This document shows positions 27,201 to 38,765 of a stretch of DNA of 64,000 bases, in pieces (the stretch's first letter is position 1; the number at the start of each line of letters is the position of its first letter). The translations under genes were made by a program, and so were the position numbers. Below the pieces are notes generated by a model. That model did not search any database. It was not told the origin of the DNA and saw only the letters and a list, made by a program, of their open reading frames with translations. Origin of the DNA: Octopus vulgaris (taxonomy: Eukaryota); contig OX597815.1 of the NCBI GenBank assembly GCA_951406725.2, forward strand, positions 137,888,001-137,952,000, written 5' to 3'.

Positions 27201-28560
27201 AACTTGCTGAACTCCATAGATGAGATGATACAGAACCAAGATGAATGTTGATTCACTGTGCTTGAGAAGACCCATCTGTCATAGCAAAAATGAAGTCCCA
27301 AAAGCATTATGCTTATGCTTGTACATGCTGGACCCTGTACCTAATTTGCCTTTGTCAAGCATTTCCCTGCATCTCATCTTCCTAACAACAATCTCTCTAC
27401 CACTCTATGGCATTACTCATCTACTGCAACTATTTGCCAATTCTGCTCTCAATTGAGAGCAGAAATGACACATGTTCCATCCTTCTTTTTGCACTACCAG
27501 TTACCTTCTTCCCCACATGGAAACACTCACTTTTAAACTCCTTCCCTTATCCTCATTATCATCCTTTACCACACTATTTTCCACCAATCACTCACTTTCT
27601 GTATTTTCAGTTATATCTCTCTCTCCCCTCTGAGCTACATCTTCAGTCTACCATATCTCATCTGTAACATCTCTTGTATCTATTATCATTCTCAACACCT
27701 TTCATATCCATAATTGATGCCCCTTCTCACCACTCACTAAGCTACCCTCATGTACTTTGGACCTTTACCTCTGTCATTGTACATCTCCCTCTGCCTTCAC
27801 ATTCTACACATTATCTACCAACAGATTTATGATACTGCTTGCTGCTCTCCACTCATACTGTCACTTCATCCTTCCTAAACCACTTCTACCTCTCTCACTT
27901 TTCCCCCTTCATACTGATATTTATTATTCAACCACACCTCCATCCTTGTTCATGATAAATTACAGCCATCTCTATTGCTGACTTTAACCATCTGTCACAC
28001 TCCACTAACATTCTTATGAAATTCGCCACCCTTTCCCTTCTTCCCTGATTCACCCTGAGGTATGCTCTGGCACCCCATCATTACTGTCTTTATCTTCTTT
28101 CCACCTACTCTCATATATTGTAATCATGTTTCTCCTCTATGGCAAGACACCTGCACTCGACTATCATACTTTAGCCTTCAACACTTGGCATAAAACCACT
28201 TCCTCCTCCTAAATACGCTCTCACTCAGTCAAGAAGGCTTTTACCCTTTTTATTCATTATTTTTGTTTTTGTCTTGCAAGTTACTTGGTATCCTCACTCT
28301 TTAGAAACCATGCCAAAGCTGACACTGGAGCTTGACATAGCCAGAGACCATCAAATCCTGTAAAATCCATGCCAGCATGGAAAACAGATTTTAAATGATA
28401 ATTATGATGAAGAATATCAAATCACTAAAAATGAAAAAGGAGAGAAAGATTGGAAAACTTACTCTTTATGAATAATTTCAATATAATTATTTGGTATATA
28501 GCCTGTGTTGCCTTTCATTTGAGCGCGATACCAATTTGGGTCAGTTTCCATATCAATAAT
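9606..28560 (-). CDS. GRB2-like: GRB2/Drk-family SH3-SH2-SH3 adaptor, 5'-partial spliced CDS: join(complement 28463-28560, 16563-16706, 14692-14860, 9606-9776)
   Basis: Four exons of 98+144+169+171 = 582 nt join in frame with canonical GT-AG sites and phases 0/2/2/0. Product: IIDMETDPNWYRAQMKGNTGYIPNNYIEIIHKD-NWLMLDVTRQEAERMLLAKNSNMQYVNGDGAFLVRKGRQEGEHSLSVK-YMCEVQHFKIYKQNDGHFIWESDKFPTLGALVNFYKSSSVSRSHHITLKEIVKEQK-VKARGIYEFNARGSDELSFKKGEVIDILDQHDLHWWTAQNSNNQTGLIPATYVEVI*. The 98-nt and 169-nt exons match GRB2 exon sizes as I recall them. Confidence 0.93.
10000..10445 (-). mobile_element. RTE-clade LINE 3' fragment (decayed)
   Basis: ORF 10134-10370: LYGCESWT..KLKAFET.CYRRILRITWTDHRTN..VL..RKLQYFGHI.R, a typical RTE ORF C-terminus. 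Confidence 0.85.
10991..11225. mobile_element. Fold-back copy of the hammerhead-bearing retroelement tail, with 14-bp TSD
   Basis: Arms at about 11022-11117 and 11139-11225 are reverse complements. Sequence matches 63226-63365. Flanked by direct repeat actttactgaactt (10977-10990 and 11224-11237). Confidence 0.8.
11660..12018 (+). mobile_element. SINE fragment(s) with (GAT)n tail
   Basis: Core gagtggatttggtagacagaaact plus tail aggaagggcatcca...catgcaagcatggaaaagtggacattaaa-(gat)n, shared with many copies here. Confidence 0.7.
12983..13268 (+). mobile_element. RTE-LINE 3' UTR/SINE tail fragment
   Basis: Near-identical to 35975-36152 and 54870-55040 tails (cccactacact..gagtggttgg..catgctagcatgga..aaacgatgatga). 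Confidence 0.75.
14692..14860 (-). CDS. GRB2-like: GRB2-like exon: C-terminal half of the SH2 domain
   Basis: Acceptor cttttctcag and donor AAA|gtaaga; 169 nt. Encodes VQHFK..FIW..KF..L..LV..Y..SVSR..I.L.EI (within ORF 14626-14856). Confidence 0.93.
16563..16706 (-). CDS. GRB2-like: GRB2-like exon: N-terminal half of the SH2 domain
   Basis: Acceptor tttttttaag and donor AA|gtaagt; 144 nt. Encodes W..TRQEAERML..DGAFLVRK..HSLSVK. Confidence 0.92.
18920..18957. repeat. 9-bp tandem repeat (TAGGACAAG)x4
   Basis: Direct inspection. Confidence 0.9.
20521..21007 (-). mobile_element. 5'-truncated RTE-like LINE insertion with 12-bp TSD
   Basis: TSD tatcctctttat at 20509-20520 and 21008-21019. Tail (caaga)n on minus. 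GC-rich body with W..TVK.DLE-like coding remnants. Confidence 0.7.
21779..21992. mobile_element. Mariner-type MITE (~215 bp), copy 1
   Basis: TIRs gagggagtgctgaaaag / cttttcagcaactcct in TA context. Direct-orientation homolog at 24280-24495. Confidence 0.75.
22029..22320 (-). mobile_element. tRNA-derived SINE inserted in a (TA)n tract
   Basis: Minus-strand head tggcccagtggttagggcagcagactc..gcggtttcgattc (A/B boxes). CpG-rich, so probably young. Confidence 0.8.
23257..23298 (+). ncRNA. Degenerate type I hammerhead ribozyme motif (Penelope pLTR-like)
   Basis: CCGATGA (U4>C), stem II ggata/tatcc, GAAAC AGCT GTA, aga. Confidence 0.55.
23846..24241. repeat. ~90-bp inverted repeat arms enclosing the hammerhead (inverted Penelope-like pLTR)
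   Basis: 23846-23938 is the reverse complement of about 24156-24241 (ataaataggaacatccaaatccaacaaaac...aataatacaca). Confidence 0.85.
24022..24147 (+). ncRNA. Type I hammerhead ribozyme with intact core and extended stem II
   Basis: Stem I ATCT(24022-25)/AGAT(24144-47). CTGACGA at 24026-32. Stem II GGCCT(24033-37)/AGGCT(24127-31), extendable with agata/tatct. GAAAC-AGCT-GTA at 24132-43. Confidence 0.75.
24280..24495. mobile_element. Mariner-type MITE, copy 2
   Basis: Homologous along its length to 21779-21992. TIR ..gctgaaaagtt / ggaacttttcagtacctcc. Confidence 0.75.
25700..28410 (+). mobile_element. Highly decayed RTE-like LINE (RT, Cys-rich insert, C-terminus, pyrimidine-rich 3' UTR, tail)
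   Basis: Remnants of LEKAFD, GV.QGSVLSP.LFI, LYADD, WPCS..RKGVG.NSI.CTQCKLWTHKKCS and LKGRLYD.CV, with many stops and frameshifts. Confidence 0.75.
28463..28560 (-). CDS. GRB2-like: GRB2-like exon: C-terminal half of the N-terminal SH3 domain
   Basis: Acceptor ttcattttag and donor GA|gtaagt; 98 nt. Encodes IIDMETDPNWYRAQMKGNTGYIPNNYIEIIHK, with SH3 motifs NWY and GxIPxNY. Confidence 0.92.
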
Positions 28561-29744
28561 CTAAAATGAAAATTAGATAAATATCAGATAAATAGACAAT
28601 TACACACACACACACTGTTTTAAGCCAACTATTCACAGAAAGATGCATCAGACATGTACAGTAGACCAATGGGTGTCTTTCAAAGGAATTCCTGCCAAGC
28701 AGTAAGATATACACATGGTCTTTCTATAAATAAGAGTGACTTGTCTGATTTGAGCAACAAATATCCCAATGACTTCATTAAAAAAAAATTTATCAATGAA
28801 AACAGTGAAAAGTAAAATATTAATGATGGTAAACATGCTGATCAACAGTGCAAATGCTCAAATTAATACAATATCAGTTAGCCTGTATTTTTACACCAGA
28901 CTTTATAAGATTTAAAGTTTTTGCATATAATACAAGTATTCAGTAGTCATATACAATATCATACCATATTAAGTATATCTTTGTACCATACAAGATATGT
29001 TGTAATTATATATATATATATATCACACCTTGTATATATTTGAATTTGAGGAGACATCCTACCTAATAAAAGTGCTTGAAAATTTTTTTAAAAATCCAAA
29101 TGATTATACACTTTATTTTCCAAATGTTTATTAAACACTTCTTGCATCTTAATCTGTCTATTTAAAATCTGCTCTCTCTCACTCCCTTGATACATTGCAC
29201 AACAAAATCTTAATGTATGCTTATATAATTCAGACACACCACCATTTAAACATCCACCATTCCATGCTCATATGAGTTGAATGGAATTTACTTTGGCAGA
29301 TTTTCTACAGTTAAATACCTTTCCTGTTGCCAACTCACACCCATTTCCAAGTAAGTAATAGTGTGCCATGATCAGACGTGCTTTTATGGAAGATTGGAAA
29401 CATAGGACATTATTATTTGCATGATGGTCACATTCATTTACAACTATAATGCAGCATTAAGGCAGGGAGACAAAACACACACAAACTGGGCTTCTTTCAG
29501 TTTCTGTCTACCAACTCCTCTCAAGAGGCTTAGGTCAGTTTAGGGCTATAACAGAAGACACTAGCCTGAGATGCCACACAAAAATGGGAAAATAATACAT
29601 AAACTAGTGGATATCCATGAAAAACCTAAGAGTGATAAATATTTAGTTTTATAGATAATTACTTGTGGCAAACTACTGAAAGGAATTAATTCGATAAAAT
29701 ACATTTTCCTCTCTCTCGCTTGTGTGTCAGTGTGTGTAAGTGTG

Positions 29745-30722
29745 TGCAATTCACTCTGCCAGAAATTTGGAAATGACATGCTGTACTGCTTGGCATTCCT
29801 GCCAGAAGCTCCAATATGAACATTTCAGAGTGTTTGGGTGTCAATATGAGGACAGTACAGAGGATTCAGCATGAGTTGGATGAGTTAAATGGTGATGACA
29901 AAGGTACGGCAGCTTAGAAAATTCACTCTGATCATTCTGATAAGGAAAGAACTCCTGAATTTATTGGTGAGATCCAAGCCATGATTGACAATGATCCCTC
30001 TAAGTCAATCAGATCCATCGCCAGAGACATGGGAGTGTCTGAGTTTCTTATCAGGCAGGTAGTCCATGCAGGCATTCTGTATTCCTCATACAAGATGAGA
30101 AAGGGCCAATTTTTATCCCAAGCCACCAAGGACAAGAGGAAAGACCACACCACAAAGCTTTTGAACAAACTTGAGCATGCCCACCAACCAAATATGCTTT
30201 GGTTTTACTCAGATGGCAAAAATTTCTGCCAGAATTAGATGGTGAACACACAGAACAACCATTGGCTTGCCATGTCCCCAAAACATGTACTGAGAGTGAT
30301 AAAAATCAAACATTCAGTTAACATCATGGTGTTTGGAATGATCACTGATGATGGTGATGTTATGCCTCCATTCTGCTTCCCACACAGCCCCATACGCAAC
30401 ACAGAAGCCTACATCAAGTGCATGGAGGGGGTAGTGCTGCCCTGGGTTAAATGGGTGGCTGCTGGAAGACCCTATTTCTAGCAACAGGACTCTGCACCAT
30501 GCCACACAAGTAGGAGAACCCAATCATGGCTGTCGGACAATTTCTGCGACCACATCACTCCTAACATCTGGCCACCTAACTCCTCAGACTGCAACCCCCT
30601 TGATTATTATGTGTGGGGCACAGTTGAGTGGGAGACTAACAAAACTCCTTGTAACACCAAAAATGAATCGAAGGCAAGGATTATGGCAGCATTCACCAAC
30701 TTGAACAAAGGGACTGTCCAGA
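29745..30722 (+). mobile_element. Tc1/mariner-superfamily DD37D (maT-type) transposase pseudogene
   Basis: ORFs 29981-30238 and 30239-30481 plus continuation: SIRSIARDMGVSE (HTH), YSDGKNF, QQDSAPCH..WPPNSSDCNPLDYYVW. There are 37 residues between the second and third D. In-frame stops; 3' end replaced by an RTE fragment. Confidence 0.85.
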
Positions 30723-31207
30723 AGACCCAGGAAAACTTGAGATGAGGTGGTGAAGCATGACTTTTGAACATTGGGCCACATCAGATGCCACAATGGTTCT
30801 AAATTGTAGGTACAGGAGGTGGTCAAACTCCGCATAAGGAGTAGACAATCACCATACACAACCACACAATTTATACAAGAACAGTTAAACTTATGTACAT
30901 TACTTCTCAGTATCCAGCTAATTAAATGGTCTGTTAGTGTTTCCATGAAATACAGATAGTAAAAGTTTCACAGCACAGCAAAGTAAATGATCTGTTAGTA
31001 TTTACACGAAATTCAGACATAGCAAAAGTACCATAGCAACTATTTACCTTTGATGTATAAGTCTTAGGAATGGACAGGGAGAGATTAGAGGCTGCTAATT
31101 ATCTTAGTAGATTTATGCACATATTGTTAAGTTACAGAATTAAAAAATGGAAACATTTAAAACCCCTTTTTTAAATGAAATGTTTAGGTTTTAATTGCCA
31201 TTCACGC

Positions 31208-31926
31208 CAGGAGTTCTCAACAATTTTTTCTCTATGGACACCTTTATTATTTTATACTGATGGACTCCCATAGCCATTTGCTGTTTAAAAGCTAGTTTTA
31301 TAGAAACTTCTTACAAAATTTCTATTTTGTTTTTCACAAAGGCATGGCTGTGTGGTAAGAAGCTTGCTTCCCAACCACATGGTTCCAGGTTCAGTCCCAC
31401 TGCATGGCACCTTGGGAAAGTGTCTTCTACTATAGCTTCAGGCTGACCAAAGCCTTGCGAGTGGATTTGGTAGACAGAAACTAGAAGCCTGTCATGTATG
31501 TCTGTGTGTGTGTTTGTGTGTAAATGTTTGTGTTTGACCCCCATCATTGCTTGACAGTCAATGATGGTGTGTTTATGTCCTCGTAATTTAGTGGTTCTAA
31601 ATTTAGAATTTAGAATAAGTTCTGGGGTCAATTTCTTTGACTAAAACCCTTTAAGGCAATGCTCTAGCATGGCCACAGTCAAATGACTGAAACAAGAAGA
31701 ATAAAAAGAAAAATTGACTTGTGTAAGTTGAACTACATAAAATGTTAGAGAAAGAATCCAAGCTATTTCTTGCAATACATACCAATACATATAGCTAAAG
31801 CAAAATTTTTTCAGAGGCTCTTAATATACTATTGTGAATCCTCAATTCACTATTTTGCTGTGTGGACCCCCCAAAATCTTATAATGGACCTTCAGGGGAC
31901 ATATGGACCCTGTTTGAGAACCACTG
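31208..31926. mobile_element. hAT-type MITE interrupted by a tRNA SINE (about 31340-31710)
   Basis: TIRs caggagttctcaa / ttgagaaccactg. Homolog at 46742-47006. Confidence 0.7.
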
Positions 31927-32480
31927 ATTTAGGCAGTAAAGTTAGAATTACTATCACATGTAAAAGAGCAAATTTATTTTATATCATAATGTGATCTTGA
32001 TCATCTGGCTTTACCTGACAGGAATTAATTTTCACCAACCTGTCAGTGATTAGGGATGAGTATACTTTTTGCATACTTAAATTTAAATCAATAGCAATTG
32101 ATATCAACTCAAATTGTTTCCAGAAGATTTTTAAAAATCTAGAAAAAAAACCAATTGCTACATGGCAAAATTTGTTTTCCAGATTCAATGACAAATGATT
32201 TCAAGTTCTTTGAAGAAATTTTAGAATGCTGTCAAATATATCCACAAGCCACTGTAACAGTTACCCTTACTCAGAAAGACATCATTTTCATTTTCAGCAT
32301 GCAGTATTTAGGAACATTTTCTTTATGTTGAACTTTTGAGCTTAATGATTAATCTGAAGCAATAGATAAGGTCTGGACTGAAGGTTTTGCAATGAGTTAA
32401 TGCAATTGAATTATGCAGGTGACAATGGCAAGGGGAAGGTGGTTTTTTTTCTTCTTTTTTTTCTTGTCAATATGATATAA

Positions 32481-32814
32481 AGAGACCTTCGGTCTTGAAT
32501 GACCATGGGATTGCACCTAGAAAGTTCGCCTCTGAGGTACAAGTCCAAGCAAGATTGTTTTTGGAATACCAGCAGTTACTCATGCATACCAGCCTCCCTT
32601 CTCCATGCCACTGATGTTATCCAAGGGAAAAGCAATGGCTGATACAGTTTGGCACAAGTGACATTGTAACTCATTTCTATAGATGAGTGAACTAGAGCAA
32701 TGTGAAATAAAGTGTCTTGCTCAAGAACACAACGCACAGCCCAGTCTGGGAACTGAACTCACTACCTCATGATTGTGAGTCCGACACTCTAACCACTGAG
32801 CCATGCACCTTCAC
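32481..32814 (-). mobile_element. tRNA-derived SINE with 13-14 bp TSD
   Basis: Minus head ggtgcatggctcagtggttagagtg..gagttcagttccc. Flanking direct repeat caatatgatataaa. Confidence 0.8.
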
Positions 32815-32829
32815 CAATATGATATAAAG

Positions 32830-33520
32830 CCCTGAGATCAATCAACCATACTGGAGAGCTCCATCGGTTGTCCAAAAAACTATGTTATCAATGTGAATAT
32901 TGTTTCCTGCAAAAAAAACTGAAACAAAGATACTCGTCTCTTGTATCTGTCTCTAGTTTTTTTGGTAAAAGCATTTCCATTTGAAATGCACTATCATCCA
33001 TCAATCTCATATATGCCATCAGTAACGAAATACCAGTACCAACAGTAGATTTATCTTGCTATAGGAGAAACGTCAACACTTATCAATTAATTGATCTTTT
33101 ATGCCAAGTGTCATTTCATCAATTTGATTTTCAATGGTTTAGGTACTAAAGAAGTAAGTTTCAGTACAGTTCTTGCATTTTAACATATTCATTCTCTGTG
33201 GTATCACCAACAATTCACCCACAGTGTGCAGCTTGTTGCTTTTAGTAATAAGTAATGATATACTGCATGATGATACCAGACCACTACAAGCAGATTTATT
33301 CATATTCATTCATGTTGGCCAACATTGTGATTGTTTCTTTTTGCAAATTCTTCTTTGGAGGTGTTGAAATATCAGATTTTCTTTTTTTTATCACTTTGCC
33401 CATCCAAAGCATTTTCAGAATTTTGACCTAAATGTCCATGCTTGTTTTCAGATTCTTTTGTTAGCCTCAATATCATATGTACTAAGTAATATAAAGCTTT
33501 CATAAGTTTCAAGTTACTCT
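32830..33520 (-). pseudogene. Decayed hAT (Charlie/Buster/SPIN-like) transposase fragment
   Basis: Minus-strand remnants read as LITKSNKLHTVGELL.IP, IENQIDEM..IKDQLI, QDKST..ISLLMAYMR, EMLL..LETDTR. Multiple frameshifts. Confidence 0.55.
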
Positions 33521-33551
33521 AGTGGTTGAAAAAAAGTGGCAATGGATATCT

Positions 33552-33724
33552 AGGCACAGGTGTGGCTGTGTGGTAAGAAGCTTGCTTCCCAACCACATGG
33601 TTCCTGATTCAGTCCCACTCCATGACTCCTTGGGCAAGTATCTTCTACGATAACCTTGGGCCAACCAAAGCCTTGTGAGTGGATTTGGTAGACAGAAACT
33701 GGAAGAAGCTCATCATGTGTGAGT

Positions 33725-33766
<42 letters not shown>

Positions 33767-34138
33767 TTCATTAATAAAGCGTATTACTCTACCTCCAGTA
33801 TTCGAGTACTATTTTCACCCTCTTGTTTTGCATTTATGCGCCTACTTTGGTGTGTGTGTGTATATATACATATATTTGTATGTATATACACACATATATA
33901 TATATCTATATATTTGTATGTATGCCTCTGTGTTTGTCTCCTGTCATTGCTTGACAACTGATGCTGGTTTATTTATGTCCCCGTAACTTAACAGTTTAGC
34001 AAAGGATACTGATAGAATAAGTACTAGGCTTACAAAGAAATAAGTCTTGGGATCAATTTCTTCACCCAACACCCTTTAAGTTGGTTCTCCAGCATGACTA
34101 CAGTCAAATGATTGAAACAAGTAAAAAGAATAAAAGAA
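33552..34138 (+). mobile_element. tRNA-derived SINE with internal TA tract and extra insertion
   Basis: Head ggctgtgtggtaagaagcttgcttcccaaccacatggttcc; tail atgattgaaacaagtaaaaagaataaaagaa. Same family at 31340-31710, 41340-41760, 51088-51495 and 63880-64000. Confidence 0.85.
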
Positions 34139-35209
34139 TCATATATGAAGCATGAACATCAGGGAAATATATTCTGTTCAACACTTGAAACACAGATTAG
34201 ATAAAGCGTTACATGGTAGACACAAACATGGCTGTGTAGAAGGTATTAGCATGAACCAACAAACAGATTGTTCACTGAAATTATAAACAACACCAGTTCT
34301 TATTAGATCCATTAGTCTAGGTACTTCTGACAACACACAACCTATCAAAAAGCCTTGTGCCCTAGAATCTCTTGCACTAATGAATCTAGTGTGTTATGAA
34401 CACGTATTCATTGTAAAGGAGAAGCTGTACTCCTGTGTCAAATGGAACAGTCATTAGCACATTCATGTTCAAATCAGCTTTGCATATGACAAGATATTCA
34501 TCAATTGTAGGTATCTACAATGTAAAAACTGATATGGAAACAGATTTTCTTTGTTATTCATTTCTCATATCACAGCTGTGTGAGACACAATTTTAGTTCC
34601 AGCAGGCACATTCAAGAAAGGAAAAAGAGTGCCACCCTGTTTGTAATAAGCCTGTTTTTATACTGGTGATGCAACCAACCTCACTGGCAGAGGTTACTAA
34701 TACATGCCATTTCACCCATGCTTGTCCATTATTAATTTCGGTGAAATGGTCAATTAGTTTCCTTGATAGTTTCATGGCCAGTTCAGCTATAGCTAAAATG
34801 TTAAATGTTAAGGGTGTTAACTGAAAGGCCCACTCATTGCTTGAAAAAAAAAAAGTCAAGTATCCAATGCTTCAGTCGAATGCCCAGGGGTAGGCACTCA
34901 TGCCCTTTTTTCTAATCAAATCTTTGGCTCTTCATTCTCAAATTAAGGTTCTGGTAAGTGTGAAGTGTACATGTGGGCACAGAGAATCAAGCATGTGTCT
35001 CACTTCTTGGTTTGCATGTATTATATGCAGAGAAGACCTGCATCTGTATTATATGCAGAGAAGACCTGCCAGAAGGCAGGTGATGTGCTACAAAAGAGTG
35101 ATGTATGAATGAATGAATGAATGAATGAATGAATGTAGACAAGTTGTGTAGATTGGATGTGGTGGGAGACAACCAGTGCTGATAATTATAATGAATAATA
35201 TTAATTCCT

Positions 35210-36152
35210 AGTGTTCATAGTCGACAGAGTGTAAGTACCTTGAGAGAAAAGTTGGACCTAAGAAGCATCAGATGTTGTGTGCAAGAGAGACGATTGCGCT
35301 GGTATGGTCATGTGGCGAGAATGGATGAAGATAGGTGTGTGAAAAAGTGCCACACCCTGGCAGTTGAGGGGACCTGTGGAAGAGGTAGACCCAGGAAAAC
35401 CTGGGTCGAGGTGGTGAAGCACGACCTTCGAACTTTAGGTCTCACCAAGGAAATGACCAGAGACCGAGACCTATGGAAGTATGCTGTGTGCGAGAAGACC
35501 CGGCAAGACCAGTGAGAACAATCAAAATCAAACCAAATCAAATCATATATCAGAAAGCAGAACCAAAATTGAGGTCGATCAACATCAGTGGGAATTGTAG
35601 CTGTGGTTAAGCGAACCATCCGTTCGTGTCCGCTGCCAGCCTCGCCTGGCCCCCGTGCCGGTGATACGTAAAAGCACCATCCGTTCGTGGCCGTTGCCAG
35701 CTCTGTCTGGCCCCCGTGTCAGTGGCACGTAAAAGCATCATCCGTTCGTGTCCGTTGCCAGCCTCGCCTGGCCCCCGTGCTGGTGACACTTAAAAGCACC
35801 ATCCGTTCGTGGCCGTTGCCAGCTCTGTCTGGCCCCCGTGTCGGTGGCACGTAAAAGCACCATCTGTTCGTGTCCGTTGCCAGTATCACCTGGCCCCGTG
35901 CCGGTGACACGTAAAAGCACCATCCGTTCGTGGCCGTTTGCCAGCTCTGTCTGGCACCTGTGCGGGTGGCACGTAAAAAGCACCCACTACACTCACGGAG
36001 TGGTTGGCGTTAGGAAGGGCATCCAGCCGTAGAAACACTGCCAGATCTGACTGGGCCTGACGAAGCCTTCCAGCTTCACAGATCCAGATGAACCGTCCAA
36101 CCTATGCTAGCATGGAAAGCGGACGCTAAATGATGATGATGATGATGATGAT
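35210..36152 (+). mobile_element. RTE LINE 3' end with tandemly repeated 3' UTR
   Basis: ORF 35240-35515: RRLRWYGHVARMDEDR..GRGRPRKTW.EVVKHDL..DRDLW. Six ~60-bp units at 35616-35981; (GAT)n tail. Confidence 0.9.
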
Positions 36153-37139
36153 TTGAAAACAGTTGTTGATCAAATGTAATAAAACAATGGGACTTCTTAA
36201 TAGAGAAAATATGATGTCATTCTTTCATGGGGAAAAAGTCTAAATATTTAATGATTCACAATAATTCAGAGAACTGACAACAGGAATACAAAAGTGGAGA
36301 AGTCATGTAACAAAGACCAGTTAAAAATAGTTTGGAGTGTATGTGTTGACTATAACTTAGTTGACCTACTTTCTCACCAGTTTCTAAATGCTGTTGTGTC
36401 ATAACAATTTACTAAAAAATGTCACTGAAGTATTTATTCACTAATACAATATATATATTAACTAATATTAACAAAGTATATGTGAGTGTGTGTGTGTGTG
36501 TGCACATGTGTATTTTGAGGGTGAAAGTAATTTCAATTAAAGGAAAATATTTGCAATTTTTCAGGGGTTTTTTTTTTTTTTTTTTGACAATTATTCTGTT
36601 GAAGGAATCATAAGATTTCTCTTCTGATTACTATTAATCTATTCCTTGAAAATTAAAGAATATATAATAATTCAAATCTGTACTACATTTGATCTCGAAT
36701 TGGCATCTATTCCTGGATGTGTACACAGTATAAATCTAGCTTGAAACTAAGAAGCTTTATTTCAAAACCAAGAGGTATAACATTCTTATCCATATTTTGA
36801 GTTATTTTGGTAATGAAGTCGGTCCCTTAAAAAAAAAAAAACATTAGTAAGAATTTGTTGCTGTCTAAAGGAAGCTAATACCTCTGAGACTAAACAGTAT
36901 GTGGGAGCTATTAAAATATTTTCCTTGAGTGATTTGCTTTAAAGTTCTAAATTCTTAGATATTTTGTACAGCTCACTGGGAAAAAAATTGTTTTAGCAAT
37001 GAAAGAAATTGAAAATTTTTATAATAATTTTTTTAAAATTTCATATTTAATTTTTAACCCTTGAAAAAGGTTTTTAAAGATTTTAAAAATAATTAATGCT
37101 TCCTTATTTCAATTCTATCCTCCCTCCCCTCCCTGTTTA

Positions 37140-37600
37140 TTAGGAACATTTGGAGGATACCAACATCTCAGATGAAGAACAGGAAGAAAAATAGTGGCTG
37201 CTGGGCACTTGTAAGGTAATCCCAAAGGCTTGCTTATCTGATGAAAAAAGATGAAAGATTGAGCAAATTGTTTAGTGAGACAAAGATGATGATGAGAAAC
37301 AAATGAGTTTGAATGGAAGTGTATGAAAATTTCTCATTCAGAGGAACCAAGCTCATTGAAACAACACACCAACAAGCAAGTGGTGGTAGCATGTTGAAAA
37401 GTAACTGCCAATCAATCAAATAACATTTGAATGCAGTATGTGGTGTTTGTATATTGTTAGACATGTCGGCAGTGCTTCAAAATGGGTCTTATTTGAGCTT
37501 TGTAGAAGTTCAGCAAATGATTATAGTAGAAATATACTTCATCTGAGGAAGATGCCAATTCTTTGGGATGAAAATCCAACATGTTTTATAATTCACTATT
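37140..37600 (-). mobile_element. Decayed CR1/Jockey-like LINE fragment
   Basis: Minus-strand LLNFYKAQIRPILKHC.HV resembles the LINE 'LYKAQIRP.LEYCSHVW' motif. Confidence 0.45.
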
Positions 37601-37789
37601 GCTATATATAAATCAAATTGATTACGTATACTTTAATAGATTATACCAAAGCATTTTACAGTAAAATACAAGATGATTAACTGGGTTTTTTTTTAAACAA
37701 AATAGGTGATAAAGACCTCCAAATAATAAAAATGTACTAAGAACAAATAGCTGATGTAAAAAAAAATATTTCTTAAGTGGGGAATAATC

Positions 37790-38620
37790 TTAGAATTTAA
37801 AATTAACAAAGGAGTCAAACAAAGCTGTGCAATATCCTCTTGACTAATTCACCTCTGCATTGAAAACATCAGAGAAGTAGAAGGCATACCAGAACTGTTG
37901 ATATGAGGATATGAACATCATCAACATTTCATATAGGGAGTTGATATACAGAACCTTATAACTATGGTAAACAACAAAAGAATTTCTTACGGAATAGAAA
38001 TTAATGTCATGAAAACAAAATCAATGGTAATCAGCTACAATCAAGTCATCAAAAATGAACATAATTGAAGAAAAGCCAACTGAGCAAACACCAAAAATAA
38101 TATACCAGAATCAAAAAACTAGAAATGTGAAACAAATTAAAAGGACAGATACAGCTGAAAAATTATTTGAAAAATTCTAAATATGTAACATCAAGCAACA
38201 TTAATATGGAAATCAGAAAGAGGTTATTAAAATATCATGTACAGTCCATTTTGGAACTAAGACATGGACTTAAATAAAAATACTACCAAAAAGATTACAA
38301 ACCTTTGAGATGCAGACATATGAAAGACTTTTCAGAATATCATTGATAAAATATAAAAATTAATAATAAAGAAATAAAGATGATAAAAAACTGAGAAATT
38401 TTATTAGACATCTTTGATACATGCTAGGTACTTAAAAAAAAAAGGGGTTTACAAAGACCTGTTAACAGAAGACAAAACAAAAAGGAAGGGAAGAAGACAA
38501 AAATTATGCAGGTGGATATCAAGAATTAAACAGACTTAAAATACAATTTATGTATAGAGACAGAGCAATAAACAGTGAAATGGCAAACTATGTTATTCTA
38601 CTTGCTGAGAGTAAACGATG
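37790..38620 (+). mobile_element. Decayed RTE LINE RT/C-terminal fragment
   Basis: KINKGVKQSC.IS, GIEINVMKTKSMVIS, KRLQTFEM.TY.RLFRI remnants. Confidence 0.55.
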
Positions 38621-38765
38621 GTGGTGGTGGTAGTGGTGGTGATAATGATGAAGATACAGTTACATTCTTCTGAAATAATCTCATCTATTTCTAATTTTCT
38701 CAAAAAAAAAAAAAAAAATGCTGCACCAAACTGTTTTTTTTTTTTTTCTTATATATATATATATA

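Noticed and set aside
35037-35089. 28-bp direct duplication (tgtattatatgcagagaagacctgc, starting near 35017) and adjacent (GAAT)n
   Set aside because: Ordinary local slippage with no further structure.
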